Below, piece after piece: positions 24,203 through 35,668 of a stretch of DNA of 64,000 bases. A program made the translations under genes and the position numbers. Under the pieces are notes generated by a model. The model ran no database searches. It saw only the letters and a program-made list of their open reading frames with translations, and was not told where the DNA came from. Numbering within the stretch: the stretch's first letter is position 1; each line of letters begins with the position of its first letter. Source of the DNA: Squalus acanthias (Eukaryota); the NCBI GenBank assembly GCA_030390025.1, contig CM059432.1, positions 28,150,001 to 28,214,000 of the forward strand. Direction: 5' to 3'.

Positions 24203-24906
24203 CTTAAACAAAAAAGATTATGAATATTAAATACTTGTTAAAACTCTTTGGGGCTAATTTTAACTCTAGGCGATGGTGTGAAATGGCTGATAGCCAATTG
24301 GCTGTCCCTTATACGATTACCCGATTATCTCTTTGCCCCAGGTTGTCCAATGCACATGATGTCTAATATATCAGTTGTCTACTGGACACCTAGACAAATG
24401 GCTAGATCTGGTATTAATCGTGTTCACTTTGATGGCCTTCGCTGGTAACTTATCCCACAACTCTATTACACTTTGGGTGAAACAATTCTGCCAGACTTTT
24501 CTCTTTATTCCTACTTTCCTAATTTTTAATTGATGTTCAACAATTTGACTGGCTCAACTTTTGTCAATCTCCTTTATAATCTTCAAAACTTCAATTGGGT
24601 CATCACAAGTCTCCTATTTTTCCAAACGGAACAGGCCCAGCTTCCCTATAATTTTATTTTTTATTTCTGTTTATTTCAGATTTCCGGCATCTGCAGCATT
24701 TTGCTTTTGTTCCCTATAATTTAAATTCTTGATACCTAAGAATATCTTCGTTGCTTGTCTCTGCACCCTCTCAAAGGCAATATTATCCTTTATCTGATTA
24801 GTTGACCAAAACTGGACATAGTACTCCCGATATATTGCTGGTAGGTGCATAGAAGGAACAAGAAGTAGAGGAAGTAATAGTACCCAACAGGAAAGGCCAT
24901 GCTCAC

Positions 24907-25126
24907 CTGTAGAAAGTAGCGTTCCATTTTCCAGTCCAATTAAAGGTTGCTGGGGCTTTGAATCGGCCTTTGCCAGTGGGGTTAGCTGCATATGGGACAC
25001 CCAGGAAATGATTAACAGTCTTCCATTCCACACCAACACGGGTCACTTGAGATTCTCCAAACAGGATTCCATGACCCGGAATGAAAATGGAGGTCAATTG
25101 GGGCTGGGTTTCTGATAAAGAAGGGT
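24907..25126 (-). CDS. TG: TG exon 38 equivalent, start of ChEL domain (PSLSETQPQLTSIFIPGHG...FLGVPYAANPTGKGRFKAPATFNWTGKWNATFYR)
   Basis: 220 bp, AG/GT. FLGVPYA..P....RF..P motif. Confidence 0.96.
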
Positions 25127-25539
25127 CTGAATTGAAAAGAAATAAAATCCATCAGAACAGATGGAAATGTGGAAAGAGAAAAAAAGCCACTTGGCTTGTT
25201 AAGACCGCTCCTTCCAGAGTAGAGGCCGGCCCTATGATGGGTTTCACCACACTTCTCACTGCAGCAATCGCGTGCGGGCACTCCCATGAAATTTGCTCAC
25301 TCACCAGCGCAGGTATGAATGTCAGGGCAGCAATCCGCGTAATCCGCACACTTCAAGTTACACTGACAGATCTCGTCAGGTTGGTAGTTCCCACAGCGAC
25401 CTGCGCACGACCCTCCGATAGCTGAGAAAACATTAAAAAAGAGTTTTACCTTCAGCTTGTAACTCATGAATTACAAAACAGAAAGCAAGCAAATAGATGT
25501 GAGTGAAGTTGACATTATTACTTACTTTGTTAAATTACA

Positions 25540-25725
25540 GGGGGTTATTTTGACTTTGGGCGATGGTGTAAAACGGACGATATTGGATCAGCCGCCTGTA
25601 ATGCTTCTCTCCCGATTTTCATTTACATCGAAGTCAATGAAAATGAAAACCGGGAGAGATGTATAACAAGCGGCTGAATCGATATCGCCCTTTTTACGCT
25701 ATCAACCAAAGTGAAAATTACCCCC
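25540..25725. mobile_element. Short fold-back MITE of about 186 bp; related partial copies near 4190, 24250, 29830/30470 and 62465
   Basis: gggggttattttgactttgg...ccaaagtgaaaattaccccc; imperfectly self-complementary over its whole length. Confidence 0.75.
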
Positions 25726-25769
25726 TGATCTCGTTCTGTGCCAGTGTATTCCTCCACTGTATACCTTTT

Positions 25770-26695
25770 CGGACTGGAGGAAGGTATACAGTGGTGTTCC
25801 CCAGGGGTCGGTACTAGGACCACTGCTTTTCTTGATATATATTAATGACTTGGACTTGGGTGACAGGGCAAAATTTCAAAATTTGCAGATGACACAAAAC
25901 TTATAGTACAGAGAACAGTGAGGAGGAGAGTGATAGACTTCAAGAGGACATAGGCTGGTGAAATGGGCGGAAAAGTGGCAGATGAAATTTAACACAGAGA
26001 AGTGCGAAGTGATACATTTTGGTAGGAAGAATGAGGAGAGGCAATATAAACTAAAGGGTACAATTCTAAAGAAATAAGAGTCCAAAAACAAGGAAGTTAT
26101 GATGAACCTTTATAAAACACTGATTCGGCCACAACTGGAGTACTGTGTCCAATTTTGGGCACTGCACTTTAGGAAGGATGTGAAAGCCTTAGCGAGGGTG
26201 CAGAAAAGATTTATGAAAATGGTTCCAGGGATGAGGAACTTCAGTTATGTGGATAGACTGGAGAAGCTAGGGTTGTTCTCCTTAGAGCAGAGCAGGTTGA
26301 GAGAAGATTTGATAGAGGTGTTCAAAATCATGAGGGGTCTGGACAGAGTAGATAGAGAGAAACTGTTCCCATTGGCGGAAGGGTCGAGAACCAGAAGAGA
26401 CAGATTCAAGGTGATTAGTAAATGAACTAAAGGCGACATGAGGAAAAACTTTTTTACGCAGTGAGTGGTTATGATCTGGAATGCACTGCCTGAAAGGGTG
26501 GTGGAGGCAGACTCAATTGTGGCTTTCAAAAGGGAATTGGATAAGCACCTGAAGGAAAGAAATTTGCAGGGCTACGGGGAAAGGGCAGGGGAGTGGGACT
26601 AGCTGAAGTGCTCTTGCAGAGAGCCGGCACGGGCTCGACGGGCCAAATGGCCTCCTTCTGTACTGTAACCATTCTATGATTCTATGATTCTATGA
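25770..26695 (+). mobile_element. CR1 3' fragment (same subfamily as 40465-41372)
   Basis: [17 protein letters not shown]...; (ttctatga)n tail. Confidence 0.9.
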
Positions 26696-26779
26696 TGTCA
26701 CTAAGATGAAGGAGCAAAACATTCCAGCAGATGACAGAGATTTGGACTTTCAAGAGCTCCTCGTCATCATGCAATTTCC

Positions 26780-27110
26780 TCATCTTCCCTCGTGAAGGTA
26801 TTGACTCATGCTGGGGTCCAATTCCTCTTCCAAGTGCCCCTTCCTCATGTGTGAGCCACAGTGAGTGTAGTCTGGCTATTCAACCATAGAGCCCAGGCCA
26901 ATCTTGTGTGTTCACACATAGGCAGAGGTCACTGATCAGGTCTTGAACCCCGGCTAATTTCCACTCCTCCCCCAGCCCAAGGATACAGGCCAAGTTTTTG
27001 TACTTTCCCCCCACCCACTTCCACCACCCCTTCAGCTAACTCAGCACAGACCAGGGATCGAACCTGGGCCCTTTGTACCTGCGTCATTCAGTACTACATT
27101 ACATAATCAT
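26780..27110 (-). mobile_element. Old tRNA-headed SINE-like family, unassigned; further copies at about 38095-38460, 41845-42130, 60390-60745
   Basis: Minus strand reads cccaggttcgatccctggtctgtgctgagttagctga (B box); shared body words recur at the other sites. Confidence 0.55.
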
Positions 27111-27624
27111 TTGAGAATGAGCTTTAGAACAGTTCAATATATTGGCCCAGATTTTGTGTTAATAATAACGGTGAGGCTGTCAGCGCTCACCGTTATTATG
27201 GAATAAATTGGACAGCAACTTCTGGAGTTGGCACATGTGCAGTTAAAAGCGGAAATCCAGAAGTTTCGGTCCGAGTTACCCTGCTCCTCCACAGGTTGCG
27301 CTATAACAGAACCTCGCTGATAGACTCGGCATTAATACATGCAACGACGTGAAGTTGGAGTACTTACCCACTAGTTACCCACTAAACACGCTGGTAGAAG
27401 TTAGGGCTGGTGCATTCAGGAGTAAGTGAATTTTTAACGGCGTAATAAGTGCTAATTACTGCCAAATAACACCTCTCACCCTGAAAATTTAATTTTACAA
27501 TTGTGTAGCCTCATTCCTTCAGAAGTTAATTAGTGCCGGAGATTGAAAAAGAAGTTAAAATTAAAATAATTTTTTACTTTTACATTTTCTGTCTGTCTCT
27601 TTTATCTCTCTCTCTTAATTCCAT

Positions 27625-28345
27625 GGGCTAAAAATTGAGTCGCGCCCCATTCGGGGCGCTAACTTCGCACTCCGGAAAAATTAGCGCCCCTATGCCGGAA
27701 ATTGAGTGGTTGCGCCCCGAGAGGGAAGTGGGGCGCTACTGGAAGCGCCCGCATCCCTCTTGGGGCGCTGCGAGTCAACATCGCGGCGCTACGTGCCGTG
27801 GTATTGCAGGCCTTCCTCCCCTTCGTAAAGGGGAGGGGCCTTGCGCAGCGCAACCCGGGGCTCAGCTGGGCCCCGGGGATCGGGAGTGCCGGCAAAAGAG
27901 CCCGACACTCAAGAGAAGTGCCAGGCTCTTGGAGCGCAGCTGGCACTCCGCGGGGGGGAACTGTTCAGGAGGCCGGGGACGGGAGCGCAGGCAGGTGCTG
28001 GCAGGCAGCCAGCAATATAAATGGCCGCCCCGCACCTCGCCTTTAATTAGCGCTGCCCCGGTTGCAGGTAGGACCCCCTGACCCCGTCGGACATAGCGTC
28101 CGGCGGTAAGTCAGGGTCGCTCCCGAAGATCGCGGCCGGGGCGCGAGCGGGGCACCGCGCACGGCGACGACGTCATCGCCGGCGGATGAGCGCCGCGGGG
28201 CGCTACCGGTTAGCGCCGCCACTAACCTCCCACTGAATTTCGCAGGAGGCATGGGCGGCGCCATGCCCGGGCGCTAGTTGCTTTGCGCCCCGTTAGCGCC
28301 CACTTAAGGCTCTAACGGGAGGCGCAAAGCAACCCAATTTCCCCC
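27625..28345. mobile_element. MITE family A copy, inverted relative to 15311-16011 and nested in another element starting near 27143
   Basis: TIR gggctaaaaattg / caatttccccc; CAT duplicated at 27622-27624 and 28346-28348. Confidence 0.85.
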
Positions 28346-29350
28346 CATGTCTTTCCCAATCTTTATTTTGCTTTCTGTACATGATTTAATTCTAATTTAT
28401 ACTTCCTACTTTATACTTAGAATAGTACAGCACAGAAGGAGGCCATTCAGCCCATCGAGTCTGCGCCAGCTCTTTCGAAGAGCGATCCAGTTAGTCCCAC
28501 TCCCCCGCTCTTTTCCCATACTCATGCAATTTTTTCTCCCTCAAGTATTTATCCAATTCCCTTTTGAAGACTACTATTGAATCTGTATCTACCATCCTAC
28601 CAGGCAGTGCATTCCAAATCCTAACCACTCATTGCGTAAAAGGGTGTTTCCTCAATATACCTGGTTTAGACTCTGTGGGGGGTATTTTAACCCCCAAAAA
28701 CAGGTGGGTTTGGGTTGGTGGGATGAAAAAATGCCAAAAATCTGAAACCCGACCCCAACCCGCCTCCAGCCCACCCACTTCCGGTTTTAATGGAGGCGGG
28801 TGGGGGAGAACGACCAATCCACTCCCAGGAGGCAGGTTGGTCATTTAAATATTATAATGAGACTGCGTGCCTCAGCTTTAATCTCCATTTTAAATTTCAC
28901 ACTGGCCGGCCAGGAAATGCCTCGCTTGATAATGCCTCACTGTTGCTGTGCCATTCTGATCAGAAAGGACCAAGGTCTGTGGTTCTGTTGGTCAATTGTA
29001 GCCAGCAGTGGCCATAGGAGTGCTACAGTTAGCTTCAGCATCCTTGTGCTAAAGAAGAAAAACATTAACCAGTGTTCCCGTTCCTAATTGACAGCCAACG
29101 ACCCGCTGTTGGAAAGTGCCCGTGTGTCAACATTGGGTGAAGACACTCACAGTCTAGTCTTGTACCTGAAGAATGGCCAATTAGCAAGTTCCAGTGAACT
29201 GTTAGCACCTATGGTACTACACACAGCACGAGTGAGCACCTACAGGGGAGGAGGGGAAAAAAACTTGTGGGGTGTGACGACTAACAAACAAAATGGCATC
29301 AAAACTTATTACACAACCAATAAACTACGAGCACTATTGATGGAACTCAC

Positions 29351-29515
29351 CCTTCCTGTGGTAGACCTCTTCTGCTGCTTCCTTGAGCAGGATCCGACAG
29401 TCATGGCCTTGCAGTCCAGGTTGGCAGCTGTGGGTATCAGGGTAAAAGACGCATCTGACTCCTGATGGCTGAGGATGAAGAGAAACTGTGACACAAGCGC
29501 GGCTGGAAGCACACG
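29351..29515 (-). CDS. TG: TG exon 37 equivalent (CASSRACVTVSLHPQPSGVRCVFYPDTHSCQPGLQGHDCRILLKEAAEEVYHRK)
   Basis: 165 bp, AG/GT. Cys spacing of the type-3 repeat. Confidence 0.95.
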
Positions 29516-29864
29516 CTGCACAGGAAAGAAGCAGAAACAAGTAAGAGACGGTCCACCATTCCAAATGTCCCCTTTCATGAACATAATAAGCTGTACATAA
29601 CTCTTAACATTCCCATTTTAATTGGGACTTCTTCACCTCAAACGGCATCACTGAGAGAATCAGCAAAGGTGGTAAAACCAGCTTCTACACAAAACCATAC
29701 TCCCGCCCCAAGCAGCAAGCCCGCTCCAACTCTTTCAGCATATAGCAGGTTGAGAAGTATGAAGCTATAAAGTGTATTTGTCAGTACCAACTGCAAAAAA
29801 TTGGCAGCCAGCCTCATTCAGAGACAAGGGAGTAAATTTTGACTTTGGGCGATATTTTGACTTT

Positions 29865-30470
29865 GAGCATTGAATACAAAAATAAAGAAGTCATGCTAAA
29901 CCTTTACAAATCTGTGGTTAGGCCACAGCTGCAGTATTGTGTACAATTCTGGGAACCTCACTTTAGGAAGGATGTCAAGGCCCTGAGAGGGTACAAAGGA
30001 GGTTTACCAGGAAGATACCAGGGATGAGGGACTTCAGTTATGTGGAGAGACTAGAGTAGCTGAGTTTGCTCTCCTTAGAGCAGAGAAGGTTTAGGGGAGA
30101 TATAGTAGAGGTGTTCAAAATGATGAGGGGTTTTAATAGAGAAAGGAGGGAAAAACTGTTTCCTCTGGCAAGTGGGTCGGCAACCAAAGGTCATAGATTT
30201 AAAATAATTGGCAAAAAAACTAGAGGGGAAGTGAGGAAAAATTTCTTCACACAGAGGGTTGTTAAGATCTGGAACGCACTACCTGAAAGGGTGGTGGAAT
30301 CAGATTCCACAGGAACTTTCAAACGGTAGTTGGGCAAGTACTTGAAGAGGACTAATTTGCAGGGTTATGAGGAAAAAGCTGGGGTGTGGGATTAAATTAG
30401 ATAGTTCTTTCAAAGAGCCAACACAGGCATGACAGGCCGAATGGCCTCCTTCTGTGCTGTGCTTCTATGA
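29865..30470 (+). mobile_element. CR1 3' fragment splitting a fold-back MITE
   Basis: ORFs 29839-30027 and 30066-30329 resemble the CR1 ORF2 C-terminus. Confidence 0.85.
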
Positions 30471-30558
30471 TATGTAAAACAGGTGATAACGAGTTGGAAG
30501 CCTGTTTTACATCTCTCCCAATTTTTATTTCCATTGTAGCCAAACCTGAGTTGGAACT

Positions 30559-31691
30559 ATTCATTCTCAAAATGTGGACATCACTGGCAGGGCCAGCATT
30601 TATTGTCGATCCCTACTTGCCCTGAGAAGCTGGTGAGGGCCTTCTTCATTTAGCAGTTTGATACAACTAAGTGGCTTGCTGGGACACTTCAGAGGGTAAT
30701 TAAGAGTTAATCATGTGCGGGTCTTGAGTCACATATATGCCAGTCCGAGTAAAGGTCATTAGTGAACCAGTTGGGCTTTTACAACAATACAATAGCTTCA
30801 TGGTCACTTTTATTGATTTTATTTCCAGATTTTTTAAAAGCTGAATTCAAATTCTCAAACTGTCATGATGGGATTAGAACTCTAAGGGCTGGATTTTCAT
30901 TGACCCGTGGAGGCGGGTTTGGAGGCGTGTGGGGGGTTAAAATTGCGAAAACTGGCGGGTGGGCACAAGTCCGCCTCTATCTCGCCTCCACGCAATTTTC
31001 ATTAAATCGTGTCTGCTGGTCCCGACTCCGTCCCGCATTTAAGAGGCGGGATAGGCTGTTAAGGCCCTTAACAAGCACTAAATTGGCTCTATAATGCAAT
31101 TTTGAAAGGCCTTTGTGATTTTAACCCTTGATCTATGTGAAGCACGCCTGTTGTGAACCACAATTGTGAAACCTGGCGGGAGCACATTTGGATAGCTAAC
31201 TATCAGCTGCAGGTCGACTATTACAACGGAGATGTGACAAAGGTAGTAGTAGTATTAGGCCTGAAAGTCGCCTCTGAAGCTGATGCATTGAAGGTCTTCA
31301 GAGACTGCCTGGCCTTTTCCTTTTTTTTTCTTTTTTTTTTCTCTCTCTTCTCTCTCTCTCTCTCCTCATTTTGCATCTGTGAGGTCCTCTCACAGCAAAG
31401 GCCAAGCAGTCTCTGACCTTCAATGCAGCAGCAATGATGACATCATCTGAGGCGACTTTCAGACTGAAACCACTAATTGGGTCATGGGTTCCCACAAGCT
31501 GAAACTCAATTGCCCAATTAGGTGAAAATTGCATCAATCTCCCACATTCAATTGCAGTCGGGTGGATAACATGAAAAGCGGATGACACGACCCCAACCCG
31601 CCCCAGTATCAAAATCCAGCCCTTCTCTGGATTGTTATTCCAGGCCTCTGGATCACTAGTCAAGTAATATAACCACAACACTACTGTACCC
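30559..31691 (-). mobile_element. tRNA-headed SINE sharing both ends with the LINE at 51813-57732; interrupted by the MITE at 30886-31622
   Basis: Head matches 51813-52140; tail matches 57630-57725. Confidence 0.8.
30886..31622. mobile_element. Harbinger-type MITE (family B)
   Basis: TIR gggctggatttt / aaaatccagccc; TAA on the left; inverted relative at 44218-44977. Confidence 0.85.
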
Positions 31692-31840
31692 ACTGCTGAT
31701 AATAAGTGCCTAAAATGCAAAACTGCCCATTTTCCAGCATTAAATCCCTCATCTCAGAGACCATGTGCACCCCACAAAAAGGAAGAAATTATTTAGAAAT
31801 AAAATGAATCCAAATTCAAAAGCAAAAACATGCACTAATA

Positions 31841-32660
31841 GGACTGGATTTTCCAAGCCCCGAGGAGGCGGGCATGGAGGTGGGACTGCCGATAAATTCA
31901 GAGAAATTGGGGGCGGATGGCAAACCCGTCCCCATCCCGCCTCCGTGTCCATTTGCCAGGAGGCAGGAGGATGTGCAGATTCGGGTCCCGTCTCCTGGAG
32001 GGGGGAAAGGCATTTAGTCCTTTTAACTGACTGTTAACAGTTAGTTAACAGGCAGAAAAAAGGATTAGTGCCATTTTACCTTCACAGGTGAAGGCTTCCT
32101 GACCTCGGAGAACCCCGCCGGGTTGGAGCAGACGTGGAGGAGGTCTGCGGTGGTCGGAGGCACCTGGAAGTAAGGTGTAGAGGTGAGTGATGGGTGCAAG
32201 TGTGGAGTGGTAAGTGTGCAAGGTGAGTGATAAGTTTAAAAAAGTGTTCACTTACCTTGTTTTCCTTCCATTGCCTTTAGCCGCGCTGGATGGGGAGAGT
32301 GGACATCCTCCTTGTCAATTTCAGGTAATGGCTGATGGACCCTCCAATCCATCAGACATCTGAAATTTACAAATTTGCAATGTTTGATGAGTCCTCACCA
32401 CAAAAACTCATCAAACTAAAGAGAATGTCAGTGTTTGACTGCTTCACAGAGCTGTCAAACACTGTCATTTCCTCTTTCAAGAAGTCTTGACAGATAGCAC
32501 GTCTGATGTTGGCGTGATCTGTCAGTGACTTCTTCCCTAATTGTCCTGCTGAACCCGCAGGGCGGGCTCAATTAATGGTCAGGCGAGGATGGAGGCGGGA
32601 CATTGACACAACAAGCAGCAGTCCCGCCTCCAACTCACCTCCATTCACAAAATCCAGTCC
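31841..32660. mobile_element. Harbinger-type MITE (family C)
   Basis: TIR ggactggatttt / aaaatccagtcc; ATA on both sides. Confidence 0.8.
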
Positions 32661-32941
32661 ATAGTGTCTATCCATAATGAGTTGTCTTTTCGATAGAAAT
32701 CTGACCAATGTTAGAGCGCTCCCTTCAAAAGACTCCCATGTGGACACAATGAAGACAGACACTTACTGGGAACTTATGAGCATGTCAGTCAGGGTCACTA
32801 TGTACTACGCAACAAATCAATTCAGCAAACTCTGTAATGTGCATGTTTTGGGCGCTGTCCTGTTTCGAGAAATTGGCTCTTAAATATCAATACAACATGA
32901 GGTTCCTTCCCATACTAGATCAGCTGTTTATATGTGTTTAC

Positions 32942-33085
32942 CTGACAGGCACCAGTCTCTGGCTTTGTTCCTGAAGTCTTTAGTCATCACAGGAGTATCG
33001 CTATTAATGTGTAAAACGTCAAAGGAGGTAATTGTGGGATCGAGGACTGGAGACGCCTTGAGGATCTGCCAGTTATTCAGTGACA
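32942..33085 (-). CDS. TG: TG exon 36 equivalent (SLNNWQILKASPVLDPTITSFDVLHINSDTPVMTKDFRNKARDWCLS)
   Basis: 144 bp, AG/GT, phase 1/1. Resembles human SLDSWQ...DPSIRHFDVAHV...VRDLCLS. Confidence 0.93.
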
Positions 33086-33649
33086 CTGCAATCAAACCAT
33101 AACATTAGAGTCAATGATAATATGAAAAGGCATTGATTGTGGCACGGAACTTAAATATAATGATATAAATGGTAAGGGGTATGAGAGATGGCGGTGTGTG
33201 ATATGTTTCAGCTTGGCCTCATTAACTGTAAAGGTCTTTTCAGTTCTGTATGTGTAATGGATGAGAGAGCAATGTATAGTGACAAAAAAGGTGGAGGAAG
33301 AGAGAGAGAGAGAGAGAGAAAGGGAGAGGAAGAGATAGAGTAAAAAGGGAAAGGAACAAAGGAGAGAAAAAGAAAGAGAACTTAAAAAGAAATGATCATC
33401 CAGACCAAAAATGTCACGAGCTTAAATATGTATGATGAGGTTAGCTCCTCTGCTAGGCTTAGAGAGTTTTTCCAGTAAATCATACAGACCAGGAGGATCT
33501 CAGACGGCTGAGTTAGTTGACCCCAGTTGTAGAGGCACTACAACTGGTCAAACTGCTTCTAGGTGAAGGAGGGGCCTATCAGCCAGGATTCTATGCTCTG
33601 GATGATTATCCAGTGGCCCACGATACAGCTGCAGATATGTGGACAATGG

Positions 33650-34405
33650 ATAGGGAGAGAGCAGGGTAAGCTGGGAATATGGTATTGAGATAGAGGATCA
33701 GCCATGATCATATTGAATGGCGGAGCAGGCTCAAAGGGCCGAATGGCCTACTCCTGCTCCTATTTTTCTATGTTTCTATGTTATATCTAGGGGTATAGAA
33801 TTGAAAAGTAGTGAAGTTATGTTAAACTTGTACAGGACCCTGGTCAGACTGCACTTAAAGAGTACTGTGCACAGTTCTGGTCTCCATGCTATAAAAAGGA
33901 CACAGAAGCACTGGAGAAAGTGGAAAAAAGATTTACAAAGTTAGTACCAAAACTGAGCGATTACAGCTATTGGGAAAGATTGAACAGGTTGGGGCATTTT
34001 TCTTTAGAAAAGAGAAGACTTAAAGGTGACAGAGGTTTTTAAAATGATGAATGGGTTGGACAGGGTAGATGTGGAGAGAATGTTTCCACTTGTGGGAGAA
34101 TCTAAAACCAGGGGCCATAAATACAAGATGGTTACTAATAAATCCAATAGAGAAATAAGGAGAAATATCTTTACTCAGAGAGTGGTTAGAATGTGGAACT
34201 CGCTACCACAGGAAGTGGTTGAGGCAAATAGCTTAGATGCTTTCAAAAGGAAACTAGATGAGTACATGAGAGAAAAGGGAATAGAAAGGATATTCTGAAA
34301 GGCTGAGATGATGTAGCTAGAATGGAAGGAGACTCATGTGGAGTACAAACACCAGCACAGACTAGTTGGGCCTGTTTCTGTGCTGTATATTCTGTAATTC
34401 TATGT
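33650..34405 (+). mobile_element. CR1 tail followed by a second CR1 3' fragment
   Basis: Tail ends near 33781; then EVMLNLYRTLVR...EVFKMMNGLDRVD...FTQRVVRMWNSLP. Confidence 0.8.
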
Positions 34406-35229
34406 AAAAACGGGCATCTGGTAGGTTATATGCCATTATGGCTGCTGCGGAATCGATTTCACAATACAAATGGAGCCGTATCTAAAGCAGCCACTTGCAT
34501 TTGTTTGCCATCCAGTATATCTCCCCTGCCATCCTCATGAGCCCCACACCAGGGATTGAGCACCTTGTCGAGGTTGACAGTCCAGTGCAGTATTGAGGGA
34601 ACATTTTATTGTCAGAGCTGCCAACGTTCAGATGAGACATTAAACCACTGCCTGTTTCAGTGGTTCAGATGAACGGTAAAGACCCCGTGCCACTATTTGA
34701 CCAACACCGCATAAAAACAGATCAACTGGTCATTCGTCTCATCTTTAAGGTGCCAGTTACTTCACTTCAAAAATTAATTCCATGTGCTAAGCACTTTGAG
34801 AAATTCAAAACATAAATGCAAGTATTACCATTGCGTATCAGATTGGCTGGAATCACCTAATGTTACACAAGACTTCAACTGCCATGGCATCTTCTGGATT
34901 TAAACCAGCCTGCCTCATTGTCAGAATAAACCATGGGAATAACTTTGTGCTTCGGCAGGGGTGAAGAACTGGTGGCATGGGATCGGCCACGCATTATACA
35001 CCCCGCCTGTTTAGCCTTTCCCTCGCTTGGGGCATATCACGGGAAGCCAATCCGCTCCTGCCAGTGCTTCCACCCTCGCCGAAGTTGAAAGTTATCCCCC
35101 CATGGGTAGTGACGTGTCCCTGAGACACACCACGGGCTGGTCAATACTGCTATTTTGCTGGCAATCTGACTCCAGGAGTGGGAGTGGGGCATCAATTTCA
35201 GGCTACTCGACCATGGTGCCTGCATTAGG

Positions 35230-35668
35230 TGTCAGCTGTGGCTCAGGGGTAACACTCTCACTTCTGACTCACTTGTGAGTTCATGACCCACTTCAGCACA
35301 TATTCCAGGCTGAGGCTTCACTGCAATGCTGCACTATTGGAGGTGCTGTCTTTCGCATGAGACGTTAAACCGAGGCCCTGCCTGCCATCTCAGGTGGACA
35401 TAAAAGATCCCACAGCACTGTTTAAAGAAGAGCTGGGGAGTTCTTCCAATGTCCTGGCTAATATTTATCCATCAACCAACATCACTAAAACAGATAATCT
35501 GGTCATTATCTCCTTGCTGTTTGTGGGAGCTTGCTGCGCGCAAGTTGGCTGCCACATTTCCTACATTGCAACAGTGACTCCACTTCAGAAAGTATTTAAT
35601 TGGTTGTAAAGTGCTTTGGAATGTCCTGAAGTTGTGAAAGGCGTAATTGAAATGCAAGTGTTTCTTTT
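35230..35668 (+). mobile_element. SacSINE1-like DeuSINE, near full length
   Basis: Deu-domain ggaggtgctgtctttcgcatgagacgttaaaccgagg...aaagatccca; L2-like tail. Confidence 0.8.

Noticed and set aside
20928..25126. Active acetylcholinesterase, carboxylesterase or neuroligin gene
   Set aside because: There is no GxSxG motif (AADRGGAD instead) and the exons splice in frame to TG type-3 repeat exons.
31434..31450. C/D box-like ATGATGA...CTGA
   Set aside because: The boxes are only about 6 nt apart and sit inside a MITE, too short for a snoRNA.
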